Assembly (NCBI GenBank): GCA_964583985.1
Contig: CAZOYD010000023.1
Coordinates: 18,887 to 42,886, forward strand
Origin: an uncultured archaeon
Lineage (GTDB): Archaea > Asgardarchaeota > Lokiarchaeia > Sigyniarchaeales > SOKP01
Direction of reading: 5' to 3'
DNA length: 24,000 nt
A program made the translations under genes and the position numbers. The notes under the pieces are model-generated. The model saw only the letters and a program-made list of their open reading frames with translations, had not been told where the DNA came from and searched no databases. This document shows, piece by piece, positions 1 through 9,322 of this stretch. Within the stretch, counting starts at the first letter, position 1; every line of letters starts with the position of its first letter.

Positions 1-954
1 CACATCTGTAGTATGAACAAAATAGAGAAGTTCATCCAACTCAAATGTTAAAGAAAATGGTCCGATAAAAGGTTCATCCATTTGAAAATGTGGTTTTAAC
101 ACGAAATCTAATTCAATATCGGAACCAATAGTTATATCTATTGGTAGTTTAGGCTTTTTATTTATGGAAAGATTATCAGATAATTTGAAATGGAATTGAG
201 TAATCCTTATGCTTTGCAATTCGTTTTCAAAAAATAGATCTTTAGATAATTGATAAAGAACACCAATTTTTACTGATATGGTCATGTTTATTATATCATT
301 AGTGGTATATGAGGTTTTATCTAAAACAATCGTGGAAGTTAAATCTAAAAGGGAATTCGATATAAGTAATATTTTTTTTAACAATTTTTTTTCGATGGGA
401 GTCAATTTAAAATTCTCAACATTTTCTCTAATTTCAGCAAGTAAGACTTTATTTTTATTGCGCAATACTATCGTCAAATCAGTAACAAGTTGAATTAAAG
501 GAGAGTTTTTAAAGTAATCACCATCTACTTTTTTCTGATATTTTTTAATGAAATCAAGGCCTTCCTCTTGTTTCGATTCAATGCATGAGCATAGATAAAC
601 CAAAACTGGGAATAAAATAAAATTTATTTGTTTATCTGAATTTTTTTTTTCCTTAGATATTATATCTAATGAATCTCTATAAATTTTTTTAGCTTCAGTA
701 TAATTTTTTGCATATAGACAACAATCTCCCGCTAATCTATTGAATGACACGGCATCTTCATAATTTTCCATTTCAATTTTTGTTTGAGCTCCATGAAGAT
801 AAGATAGTTTAGCATTATCATAATCCTCCAATTTCATAAAGTTATTTCCTGCTTGGTAGAATGCTTTGCCAGATTTTTTAAATAATCGTGCTTTAAAAAA
901 ATTTTCCGCTTTTGATAACTGGTTTTGAGCTTCAGTTCTTGGATCTTTTCCCAT
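1..954 (-). CDS. TPR/SNAP-like repeat protein with C-terminal beta-rich region, truncated by window edge
   Basis: Manual translation from ATG at 954 stays open to position 1: MGKDPRTEAQNQLSKAENFFKARLFKKSGKAFYQAGNNFMKLEDYDNAKLSYLHGAQTKIEMENYEDAVSFNRLAGDCCLYAKNYTEAKKIYRDSL..., with repeated A-x-x-F/Y-x-x-A-G TPR spacing. Not in the ORF track, probably because it runs off the window. Confidence 0.7.
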   Translation of the reverse strand, partial: MGKDPRTEAQNQLSKAENFFKARLFKKSGKAFYQAGNNFMKLEDYDNAKLSYLHGAQTKIEMENYEDAVSFNRLAGDCCLYAKNYTEAKKIYRDSLDIISKEKKNSDKQINFILFPVLVYLCSCIESKQEEGLDFIKKYQKKVDGDYFKNSPLIQLVTDLTIVLRNKNKVLLAEIRENVENFKLTPIEKKLLKKILLISNSLLDLTSTIVLDKTSYTTNDIINMTISVKIGVLYQLSKDLFFENELQSIRITQFHFKLSDNLSINKKPKLPIDITIGSDIELDFVLKPHFQMDEPFIGPFSLTFELDELLYFVHTTDV

Positions 955-1075
955 AATGCTTTTACTTACTTCGAAATAAATTGATTAATTGTTAAATTAA
1001 GTGAAAGATCAATTTTTATCTTTTTTCAAAGTATTAAGAAAAATAAAATAAAATAAAAAAAAATTCAGAATTGGC

Positions 1076-1690
1076 TTAAAAAGCCATTAAAATTAATAGG
1101 AATCCTACCATTATGATTGTACCACTAACAGTTGATACCCAAGTAAAGATCACAAAACCAATGATGAGCACAACCCACCATGTGTAAGGAACTTTGATAT
1201 CGATTTTATCGAATAATGTTAGAAGTAAAATGATTGCAAATATAATTCCCACTATTGCAATTGCAATATATCCCCCCATAATAAACATTATTGACTCATA
1301 GATTGCCCAACATGCTCCAATTAACGTGACTATTTTAGAAGCAACATAAGTCTTATTCTGGCTTAATATCTCAATGATAGCAGCGGTAATTATTAAAATT
1401 CCTGCTAAATAAGATGGTCCTACTAAATATTCAAAGAGAATTAGTAAGCATCCAATAATTAATAGAACCCACCAAATATAAGGAATCTTTAGTTTCTTAA
1501 AATCAATGATTTCTAATGAATCGAATATCACAAAGGCAATAATCAATCCTATAACACCTAACAAAATAGCTAACCAGTACGTTGTGTAGAAATAATTAAT
1601 GCTATCTTTAATTAGAACTAATGTACCTATGAGAGCAACAACTCTGGAGGCGGTAATTCCAACTTTAGAGCTTTCACCCATATTTATCAC
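1076..1690 (-). CDS. Polytopic membrane protein, two tandem homologous about 100-aa units
   Basis: 204-aa ORF with several hydrophobic helices. Internal repeat: 'SRVVALIGT...KIPYIWWVLLIIG' versus 'SKIVTLIGA...KVPYTWWVVLIIG'. Confidence 0.75.
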   Translation of the reverse strand: MINMGESSKVGITASRVVALIGTLVLIKDSINYFYTTYWLAILLGVIGLIIAFVIFDSLEIIDFKKLKIPYIWWVLLIIGCLLILFEYLVGPSYLAGILIITAAIIEILSQNKTYVASKIVTLIGACWAIYESIMFIMGGYIAIAIVGIIFAIILLLTLFDKIDIKVPYTWWVVLIIGFVIFTWVSTVSGTIIMVGFLLILMAF

Positions 1691-1812
1691 TTTTTATAAA
1701 TATTATATCCTAAATCTGATTAGACTTAGAATATGAGTATAGCTAGAATTTATCGTATTTAATACTACCTATTAAAAGTTTGATAGGCTCAAACTTTAAA
1801 AAATTAAAAAAT

Positions 1813-1842
1813 AATGGTTAAAACATTAACACCGAAACCATT
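1813..1842 (-). terminator. Possible stem-loop terminator after the hdrA-mvhD operon
   Basis: Perfect 7-bp inverted repeat AATGGTT...AACCATT followed by ATTTTTTAATTT on the minus strand. Confidence 0.35.
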
Positions 1843-1853
1843 GCTTAATGATT

Positions 1854-1893
1854 AGTCTTCTTGTGACTACGGTTTTTTCACAAAAGTCATACT
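1854..1893 (-). promoter_or_regulatory. Candidate SECIS element in the mvhD 3' UTR
   Basis: Minus-strand AGT-ATGA-CTTTTGTGA-AAAAACCGTAG-TCACAAGAAG-ACT. 9-bp stem (one bulged G), A-rich apical loop, 5' ATGA and 3' GA near the base, starting about 8 nt after the mvhD stop. Hand-folded only. Confidence 0.4.
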
Positions 1894-1900
1894 TATCGGT

Positions 1901-2362
1901 TTATTTCTTTTTTTTCCCTTTGACATCGTCCTTCTCTTTAATAGAGTCAGAAAGTCTCGTGGGATTGTTACCTAAATTTTCAATTACTTCTGAAATACGG
2001 GTCACTTCTTGTTGAAATCTTTGACCTTCTGCAGCACTACAGTGAAACATTTGGATTCGTTCTGGATTCAATCCCGCTGTTTTTAGGATCTCTTTGGTAT
2101 ATTCCACATTTTTCGCAGCAACGAGATTGCCAGTTTCATAATCACATTCACCTTCATATCATCCTGCGACAATAACTCCATTAGCTCCCTTTCCTATAGC
2201 CCTCATCATCAAACTTGGCGTGACTCTACCCGTACAATTGATTCTAATCGGTCTGATGGTTGCAGGATATTGTGCTCGGATGGTTCCAGCCATATCTCCT
2301 GCTCCATATCCTCATTTCCAACACATAAACGCAATAATCTTTACTTGATCTTTTACAGTCAT
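1901..2362 (-). CDS. mvhD: MvhD/VhuD-family hydrogenase iron-sulfur subunit (methyl-viologen-reducing hydrogenase delta), selenoprotein with two predicted Sec
   Basis: Reading through TGA at 2312-2314 and 2159-2161 gives MTVKDQVKIIAFMCWKUGYGAGDMAGTIRAQYPATIRPIRINCTGRVTPSLMMRAIGKGANGVIVAGUYEGECDYETGNLVAAKNVEYTKEILKTAGLNPERIQMFHCSAAEGQRF... This matches the family pattern CCNWCxYxGAD / GCxxGxCxYxxGN. GAGAGGT RBS upstream; alternative start at 2371. Ends at TAA 1901-1903. Confidence 0.88.
2159..2161 (-). other. Predicted TGA selenocysteine recoding site (mvhD, second Sec)
   Basis: Context IVAG-U-YEGECDYETGN; the family has Cys here (GCxxGxCxY). Confidence 0.8.
2312..2314 (-). other. Predicted TGA selenocysteine recoding site (mvhD, first Sec)
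   Basis: Context FMCWK-U-GYGAGDMAG; the family has Cys here (CCNWCxYGGAD). Confidence 0.85.
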
Positions 2363-2377
2363 ATTTTTCATACCTCT

Positions 2378-4348
2378 CTAAATTTCTTCAAGAATTGCAT
2401 CTATTTGAGATTCATATTGGGGTTCACGATAGTATCTAAGAGTAATAGCCTCAGAAGGACAATTAGACAAGCAAGACCCACATCCTCGACAGAGAATCTC
2501 ATCTACATCTGCACCGTCTGGTTTTAATGAAATCGCATTATAAGGACAATTTAATTCGCACAAACCACATTTTGCACATTTTTCCTTATCTACAGTAGCC
2601 CGAATCAGCATTATCCTGTATTTATCTTTTCCCATTATACGGCTTACTGATGACGCGGCAGCTCTTCCTTGGGAAATTGATTCTGAGATCGATTTAGGAC
2701 CTTGTGCTACTCCGGCTAATACAATACCAGGAATTTTTGTGTCAATTGGATTTAAACGTGAATGAAATTCCTTGAAAAAACCATCTTGACTATTTTCAAG
2801 CTTTAATAACTTTCCAATTTTCTCAACACCTTTTGCAGGCATCATTGCACAAGATAAAACCACTAAATCAAACTCGATTTCCTTTAAACCAGAACTTGAA
2901 AGAGTATTTTGCATTATCACTTTAAGATTATGGGTTTCTGGATCTTCATTAATTTTCGAAATATTCGTCCGGACGTATCTTATTCCTTCCTTCCTTGAAG
3001 CTGTATAATATTCTTCATAATCCTTCCCAGCTGCTCTAATATCCATGTATGCTACACTGATATCTGCATCGGGATAGTGTTGTTTGATTAATTTTGTATT
3101 CTTAATTGAAATCATACAACACACCCCAGCACTACAGTATGTTTGCTTATTTAAATCTCGGGATCCTACACATTGTATGAATAGTATGCGCTTTGGAGTC
3201 TTTCCATCTGATGGTCTGGCAAGATGTCCTACTGTCGGACCGTTAGGAGCAAGTAATCTTTCAAGTTTCATTTGAGTTATTACATTAGGATATACGTTAT
3301 AACCTAAATAACCCGTTTCAGGCTCATATTCATCCCAACCTGTCGCTACTATGATGGTGCCTACTTTGATTTCTATAATCTCATCTTCTTGATTAAAATC
3401 AATAGCGTTCACTTCACAAGCTTTTTCGCATAATCCACATTTGATACATCTACTCATATCAATTTGAGCTTTTGAGGGAACAGCTTGAGCAAATGACACG
3501 TAAATTGCCTTTCTAGTATTCATGCCTTCATTGAATTCATCGTATCCATAGGATGGACAAACTTCAAAACAAGCTCCACATCCATTACAATCGCTCTTTA
3601 CATACTTAGCTTTTTTTCTAATTTTCACATTAAAATTTCCAATGAATCCAGAAACATCTTCAACATTGCTGTAAGTATATAGGTTTAAATTGGGAGTTCG
3701 AGCTGCTTGAAGCATAACCGGACCGAGAATTCAAATGCTACAATCATCAGTAGGAAAAGTTCGATCGAGCATAGCCATCTTACCACCTATTGTAGGGCTT
3801 TTTTCCACGAGATGCACTTCAAATCCCTCATCGGATAAATCAATTCCAGCACTCAATCCAGAAACTCCGCCTCCAATTATTAAAGCCTTTTTTGTTATAT
3901 CAACTTCTTTTACAAGTATTTCTTCTAACAAACTGGCCCGAGCAACTCCAGATTTTATTGCATCTTCTGCGGTTTTTTGAGCCCCCACCTTATCTTGGCG
4001 ATGTACAAAACTTGCATGTTCTCGAATGTTAACAAATTCTAAAAACGAAGGATCAATATTCATAGATTCAAGAACGCTTTTGAAAACGGGTTCATGAGTT
4101 TTAGGAGTACATGATGCTACAACAAGGCGATTAGCGTTACTTTCATTCATTTTCTCTTTTATAAATTCCGCTCCTGGTTCAGTGCATAAACTGATATAAT
4201 CTGATGCATCAACCACATTAGGTAAGGTCTTGGCAAATTCAGCGAGTGCTTTAGTGTCAATGATTTCAGCAATATTAATTCCTCAAGCACAAACACTAAC
4301 AAAAATCCGTATTTCTTCAGTATTTTTTGTAATCTCTGCTTCTACCAT
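2378..4348 (-). CDS. hdrA: CoB-CoM heterodisulfide reductase subunit A-like (HdrA), selenoprotein with two predicted Sec, 656 aa
   Basis: Track ORFs 3731..4216 and 2378..3715 share one frame and join across TGA 3731-3733. The frame extends upstream across TGA 4283-4285 to ATG at 4348: MVEAEITKNTEEIRIFVSVCAUGINIAEIIDT...GGGVSGLSAGIDL...GGKMAMLDRTFPTDDCSIUILGPVMLQAARTPNL... FAD-binding GGGxSG motif plus several [4Fe-4S] CxxCxxCxxxC clusters. Confidence 0.92.
3731..3733 (-). other. Predicted TGA selenocysteine recoding site (hdrA, second Sec)
   Basis: Context FPTDDCSI-U-ILGPVM; the family motif is TLDCxxCILxPKM. Confidence 0.88.
4283..4285 (-). other. Predicted TGA selenocysteine recoding site (hdrA, first Sec)
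   Basis: Context IFVSVCA-U-GINIAEIID; the family N-terminus is VFVCxCGxNI. Confidence 0.82.
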
Positions 4349-4535
4349 TGCATATTCTACCTTTTTATTTTTTAGATATCCTCCTACATTAATTACATAA
4401 TATTTCAAAATATTTTTTACTTTTAAAATATCTTATGAGAAAAAATAATTTTAAATCAAAAATCTATTATATATCTTTTATAAGTTATCAATTTAAAAAT
4501 GGTTTGATATTAAAAAAAAATAATTCGTTTTAATA

Positions 4536-4976
4536 ATGCTATTAAATTTATTTCAAGGAACTGGGAGCGCCTCAATGGGTGAAATAATTACTTACTCACT
4601 TGTTGCTGGGGTATCATTTCTCTTTATGATATTATTTTTAAAATTAGGATTAAAAGTGGTTAAATCAAGGACTAAAAAGGGATTTAAATGGTTAGCTATA
4701 AGTATTATTATGCAATTGTTTATGGTTGCCTTGTTAGCTTCTCCATTTATTCTTATAGGATTTGCAGGGGGATTTAATGATAAAGGTCCTTCGCCAGGTT
4801 TGATAATATTCGCCATCATAATAGCAATATTTATGGATCTAAATATTATTAATATCCTTCATAAAACGGGATTGAAAAAAGCTATTTTATGTTTTTTTCT
4901 GATGATCGTTCCACTCGTATTTGGAGGTATTATTGGGTTTTTCGTGGCGCAATTTAGGTTATTTATTCCAATCTGA
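4536..4976 (+). CDS. Small polytopic membrane protein
   Basis: 146-aa ORF with about four hydrophobic helices and Lys/Arg loops. Confidence 0.65.
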   Translation: MLLNLFQGTGSASMGEIITYSLVAGVSFLFMILFLKLGLKVVKSRTKKGFKWLAISIIMQLFMVALLASPFILIGFAGGFNDKGPSPGLIIFAIIIAIFMDLNIINILHKTGLKKAILCFFLMIVPLVFGGIIGFFVAQFRLFIPI

Positions 4977-4978
4977 AA

Positions 4979-5905
4979 TTAATGTAATTTCACCATTTTA
5001 TTTACGTCTCTATTCATCTTTTCAACTTCAAATCTTGCTGCTTTTCCGTATTGTGAAGGAGAGAACTGTTTATAATTGTTATATGCATAATTCACGTTTC
5101 TTGAAGAATTTATAATTCCACCTAAACCTTGTTTATTAAAACATGATATTATATTATCCATTTTAGCTCCTTGGGCGCCATATCCTGGCATTAAAATAAA
5201 GGCATTTTTCACTACTTTTCTAATTGCGTTCAATTCTTCTGGAAAAGTAGCACCGACAACAATACCTAAGTTATTGAAATTAGAGAACGTGGATAAATTT
5301 TTTCCCCATAAATCCACGAGTCTTGCCATTTGCATATAATTTCGTTCGAGCGTTATATTTTTAACCACTGCTTGGGTTACGGTCTTAGCAACATCTTGAA
5401 GGTTTATACTAAATAAATCTTGGAAATCTTTACTACTCGGATTTGAAGTCTTCACTAATATAAATAATCCTTTTTCAGGATATGTGTCTAAATATGGTTG
5501 AATTGAGTCAATTCCTAAATATCCATTTAAAGTGCAAGCATCCGCTTTATATTCGTTAAAAGTTGAATCAGCATAGGCTTTCGATGTTGAACCGATATCA
5601 TTACGTTTAGAATCCAATATGACTAATAAATCATTTTTATGAGCATATTTAATTGTGTCTTTTAATGCACTTATGGCACCATATTTTTCATAGAAAGCGA
5701 TTTGCGGTTTGATTACAGGAATCAAATCATACGTATTGTCAATAAGTGTTTTATTAAATTCAAATATAATTTTACTTGGATTCTTATATTCATCAATTAA
5801 ATAAGTGGGAATGTGTACTTCATTCTCCAATGATGGATCAAGTCCCATACTTACTATGCTTTTCTTCTCATATATAGATTCAATTAAATTTTCAATAAAA
5901 GTCAT
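4979..5905 (-). CDS. pyrF: Orotidine 5'-phosphate decarboxylase (type 2 PyrF)
   Basis: 308 aa; VSMGLDPSLE, VIKPQIAFYEKYG, VILDSKRNDIGSTSKAYAD (catalytic DxKxxD-type motif), VGATFPEEL, LMPGYGAQGA. Confidence 0.92.
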   Translation of the reverse strand: MTFIENLIESIYEKKSIVSMGLDPSLENEVHIPTYLIDEYKNPSKIIFEFNKTLIDNTYDLIPVIKPQIAFYEKYGAISALKDTIKYAHKNDLLVILDSKRNDIGSTSKAYADSTFNEYKADACTLNGYLGIDSIQPYLDTYPEKGLFILVKTSNPSSKDFQDLFSINLQDVAKTVTQAVVKNITLERNYMQMARLVDLWGKNLSTFSNFNNLGIVVGATFPEELNAIRKVVKNAFILMPGYGAQGAKMDNIISCFNKQGLGGIINSSRNVNYAYNNYKQFSPSQYGKAARFEVEKMNRDVNKMVKLH

Positions 5906-6565
5906 CTTTGTTCAAATCTTATTGTAACTTTCAATAATAAATGAGAATTTTGCAAAAATAAATGAGATATATTTTAAAAATAAATGAGAAAACCAAATTA
6001 ACATTCCCTTGTTTATTTTCATACAATTTTTAGAACTTAAAACCATAAATATAACCACTATTCCTTGATTTCTCAAATATCTCTTTTAATTTTATCTCAA
6101 ATAAGCAACTCTCTCATTTGATTAAATCTTTTTATTCTTATTTACTTAAAGTACTTTTCATGTATATATCTTTTTCTAAGTAGAACAATTACTCAAAACA
6201 TTACTCAGATATATTTACCCTTATATTTTTATTAGTAAAATTAATCTTTCCAAATACATATTCTAATAAGTCATTCCAAGAGGTAATTCCAGCATATTTC
6301 CAGTAACCCTTATATACAGCATTTACAAGGTCACTTATCCCCTTATTTGTTAGCTCGCAAATTCTTTTTATTTTAAATTGAAAAAAATCCAAGGATATAA
6401 AATGCCAAGTCTTCAATAGAAATGTAAAAATATTTGTTAACTCTTTTAATTACATAGACGAATTATTTAAATAGTGATTATCGAACAATAAGCACTAAAA
6501 TTGCTGAAGTGACTTAAAAACTAGAGTAAAGGATATTAAAGATATATAAAATTAAAATTAAGATT

Positions 6566-8659
6566 GTGATTTTTATAATGAATTCTAAAGGCTTATTTTT
6601 AGTTAGTCCAAACTTTGGGCATCCCAGAATATTGAATATTGACAGAGAATTAACCAAGCAAGACTTTAAAACAGATTTATTAATCATAACTCATATAAAG
6701 AATCCAGAAAAAGTAAAAGAATTATTAACTGACAATATAAAATTTATACCTATTTTTGAATATAAGTGGAAATTAGAGCATCTTCTCGAAAAAAGAGGAT
6801 TAAAAGAGAAAACTAAGAATGTTTGGAAAAAAATAAAAACAATTTTCTCATTTACCACAAAAGAAAAAGGATTTGAAATTTCAATTGAAGAATTTGATAA
6901 ATTTGGGAACAAACAAGTAAAAGTTATAAAAATGAAAAAGATAGATTTAAAGAAAATAAAGCCTCGTACTTTTAGGGGAACTCCAATAATCCCTAAAATC
7001 GCAAACCTAAAATTAACAACTCCAATAAAGATAAATAGCTCAATATATATCGATGATCAATATTGTAAACCACAGAATTATTTAAAAAAATTAGAGGTGT
7101 TTGGTAATTTAGAATATTTTTATACAATTACTTTAGAATTTAATTTAACTGATGAGATTTTAGACTTTTTATCAAATAGAAATTTCATTATGTTTGATAT
7201 TTTATTTGTAAATTCTAATTTGGATAAAAAAATAAATTATCATGCGATTGTCATTTCGAAAAATGATTGGAGAAATATCAATATCGTGCAAGCTACTGAT
7301 TTACATATAGCTAAAAGAAATGATGAAATGTTTAATAAAATTAATAATATGTATCGAAATCTTAGGAATAAAAATATCAAAAAAATGAATCAAATAAAAA
7401 CTAATCCCCCAAAATCAAATGATAAAGATGATATTAGAAAATCTCTTTTTAAAATTGATCTCTTATTTAAAAAAAGATTGATTAATCCAAACAATTTACT
7501 TAGAAAATTTGTTAAAATAATAAATAAAAAAGTTATCAATAATAAAATTGATTTTGTAATTATTACAGGAGATATTGTAGATTTTACCAATGTTGGATCA
7601 TCAAATCATAAAATTATTTTTGCTTATGAGAATAGTAATTGGAAAACTTTCAAAGATATTATCTTAAATATAGATCAAATTAAAAAAGAAGGTATAGAAA
7701 AATCAGAAGAAATCTTATGTCCTATCTTTACCATTCCCGGGAATCATGATTATCGACCTTGGCAATATGATTTAAATTGGGGAGGAATGTATAAAAGATT
7801 AGGTCTTAAAAAAGTTGAAGCTCAAGCATTAAAAGATCATTATTCAGCTTCTCCAATTAGAGCTATTTTAAAGAGTGAAAATGCATTGAAAGGATACTTA
7901 TCAGAAATAAATGCTTCATTAGATTACTATTTAAAATTAGGCAATTTTTTATTCATTTTTTTAAATACAGGGGCGGATTGCTATAAAAAAATGACTGATT
8001 TTATATCAGGAAGTCCCTCTTTAACAGGTCTTACTCAGAAGCAAATAACATTTTTAAATAATCTTATTAAGACTATGTTTAATGAAAAGTTACAAATTGT
8101 TCTTTGCTTACATGCACCTCCCATAAATACAAGAGAGAAACGAGGTATCTTGAGTCGTATAAAAAAAAAATTTAAAAAAATTATAAAAATAAGATTAGAT
8201 CAGTTCAGAGAATCAAAATTTAAAAGTCTAAAGAGAAAAAGAGAGAAAACACGTATTGATGATAAATTTAATATTAAATATGGAACGATTTCCTCTAATT
8301 GGGAGAAATTGATTAACTTTTGTTATGATTATTGTATTCTTACTATATCAGGTCATACACACATGTTAAATGAATATAGATTAAAAAAATCTTTACAAAA
8401 TAGCTCTAACGATAAAAAAAAGAAAGATTCATCAATTGCAGTATTTTATGATGATTATTCTGAGATTTGCATAAATAATGTAAGTATTCAAAAATATAGT
8501 CCCTTCATAGTTCAGACTCCTGCCTTGGGATTGAGATCCTTTAAAAGAATTGGGAAATTAGGAGCATATCGAGAGATAATTATCAAAGATGGAACATTAA
8601 CTTCATTTCAAGTTAATTATTTTTCAAATAATTATTTATTATCAAGGAAAAAGCTATAA
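6566..8659 (+). CDS. Calcineurin-like metallophosphoesterase with long N-terminal extension
   Basis: Metallophosphoesterase motifs ATDLHIAKR, VVITGDIVDF, IPGNHDYRPW, VLCLHAPP, ISGHTHM after about 245 aa of unassigned N-terminal sequence. The start may be the internal ATG (MNSKG). Confidence 0.88.
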   Translation: MIFIMNSKGLFLVSPNFGHPRILNIDRELTKQDFKTDLLIITHIKNPEKVKELLTDNIKFIPIFEYKWKLEHLLEKRGLKEKTKNVWKKIKTIFSFTTKEKGFEISIEEFDKFGNKQVKVIKMKKIDLKKIKPRTFRGTPIIPKIANLKLTTPIKINSSIYIDDQYCKPQNYLKKLEVFGNLEYFYTITLEFNLTDEILDFLSNRNFIMFDILFVNSNLDKKINYHAIVISKNDWRNINIVQATDLHIAKRNDEMFNKINNMYRNLRNKNIKKMNQIKTNPPKSNDKDDIRKSLFKIDLLFKKRLINPNNLLRKFVKIINKKVINNKIDFVIITGDIVDFTNVGSSNHKIIFAYENSNWKTFKDIILNIDQIKKEGIEKSEEILCPIFTIPGNHDYRPWQYDLNWGGMYKRLGLKKVEAQALKDHYSASPIRAILKSENALKGYLSEINASLDYYLKLGNFLFIFLNTGADCYKKMTDFISGSPSLTGLTQKQITFLNNLIKTMFNEKLQIVLCLHAPPINTREKRGILSRIKKKFKKIIKIRLDQFRESKFKSLKRKREKTRIDDKFNIKYGTISSNWEKLINFCYDYCILTISGHTHMLNEYRLKKSLQNSSNDKKKKDSSIAVFYDDYSEICINNVSIQKYSPFIVQTPALGLRSFKRIGKLGAYREIIIKDGTLTSFQVNYFSNNYLLSRKKL

Positions 8660-9118
8660 TCTAAAGTGATCATTAGTGACTTTCCAAGAAATATGAATTA
8701 GTATTAATATAATTAATGGTAGAAAAGATATGAATATAAATAATCCTATACTCGTTCAAGAGAATTAATTTATGGATTCGGAAACTTTAAGAAATTTATT
8801 TAATCGTGGTCAAAAACCAAATAATAAGAAAAATCATAAAAGCTAATTAGGAAACTATTATGGGAGAAAACAATTATTAGGGAGAATGGGCTCAAAATAA
8901 ATAATCAGATAGTAGCCTGTATATTTATATTGAAATAGATTTTAATCCTATTCCAATTTTATACTTTTCAGACATTCCTAATTCATTTACTCTTCTTAAT
9001 TGAATATATTTCTTTTATTTTATAAAATAAATTAACCTTTTATTTTGAATTATTATTCATAATATTTATAAGCTTTATTTTTCCTTAGTAATTATCAAAT
9101 AAGAGGATACTTCTTAAA

Positions 9119-9322
9119 ATGAATAAATTTCTTGATTTCGATAGGAAAAAGAATATCATATATTATAATATATTTTTAGATGAAAATGAAATCTTAATAA
9201 AAATTCCTCTAATTTCAAAATTGGACGAAAAAGGTCATTCAAAGGACGTATCTATTGAAAATTTTGATTTATTTAGCTATAATAATCATTTTTTATTTAA
9301 TTGTGACCATTATTACCAATAA
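9119..9322 (+). CDS. Small hypothetical ORF
   Basis: 67-aa ORF in an otherwise non-coding stretch; TAA is followed directly by ATG of a same-frame ORF. Confidence 0.35.
   Translation: MNKFLDFDRKKNIIYYNIFLDENEILIKIPLISKLDEKGHSKDVSIENFDLFSYNNHFLFNCDHYYQ

Noticed and set aside
278-493. Plus-strand 71-aa ORF
   Set aside because: Antisense to the continuous TPR-like minus-strand reading frame.
2270-2527. Plus-strand ORF of 85 aa (also 3084..3275, 3735..3980)
   Set aside because: Antisense shadow ORFs inside the clear hdrA/mvhD coding region, with no domain-like sequence.
2378-4348. Reading the split hdrA/mvhD ORFs as pseudogenes or assembly errors
   Set aside because: The frame is maintained throughout, every interruption is TGA, all four align with conserved Cys positions, and the flanking sequence is fully conserved. 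Sec recoding explains it far better.
4592-5115. Antisense ORFs 4592..4819 (-) and 4921..5115 (+)
   Set aside because: Opposite to the membrane protein and pyrF genes, with no recognisable motifs.
6201-6416. 71-aa minus-strand ORF in the 5.9-6.5 kb spacer
   Set aside because: Could be real but has no motif or convincing RBS; too weak to call.
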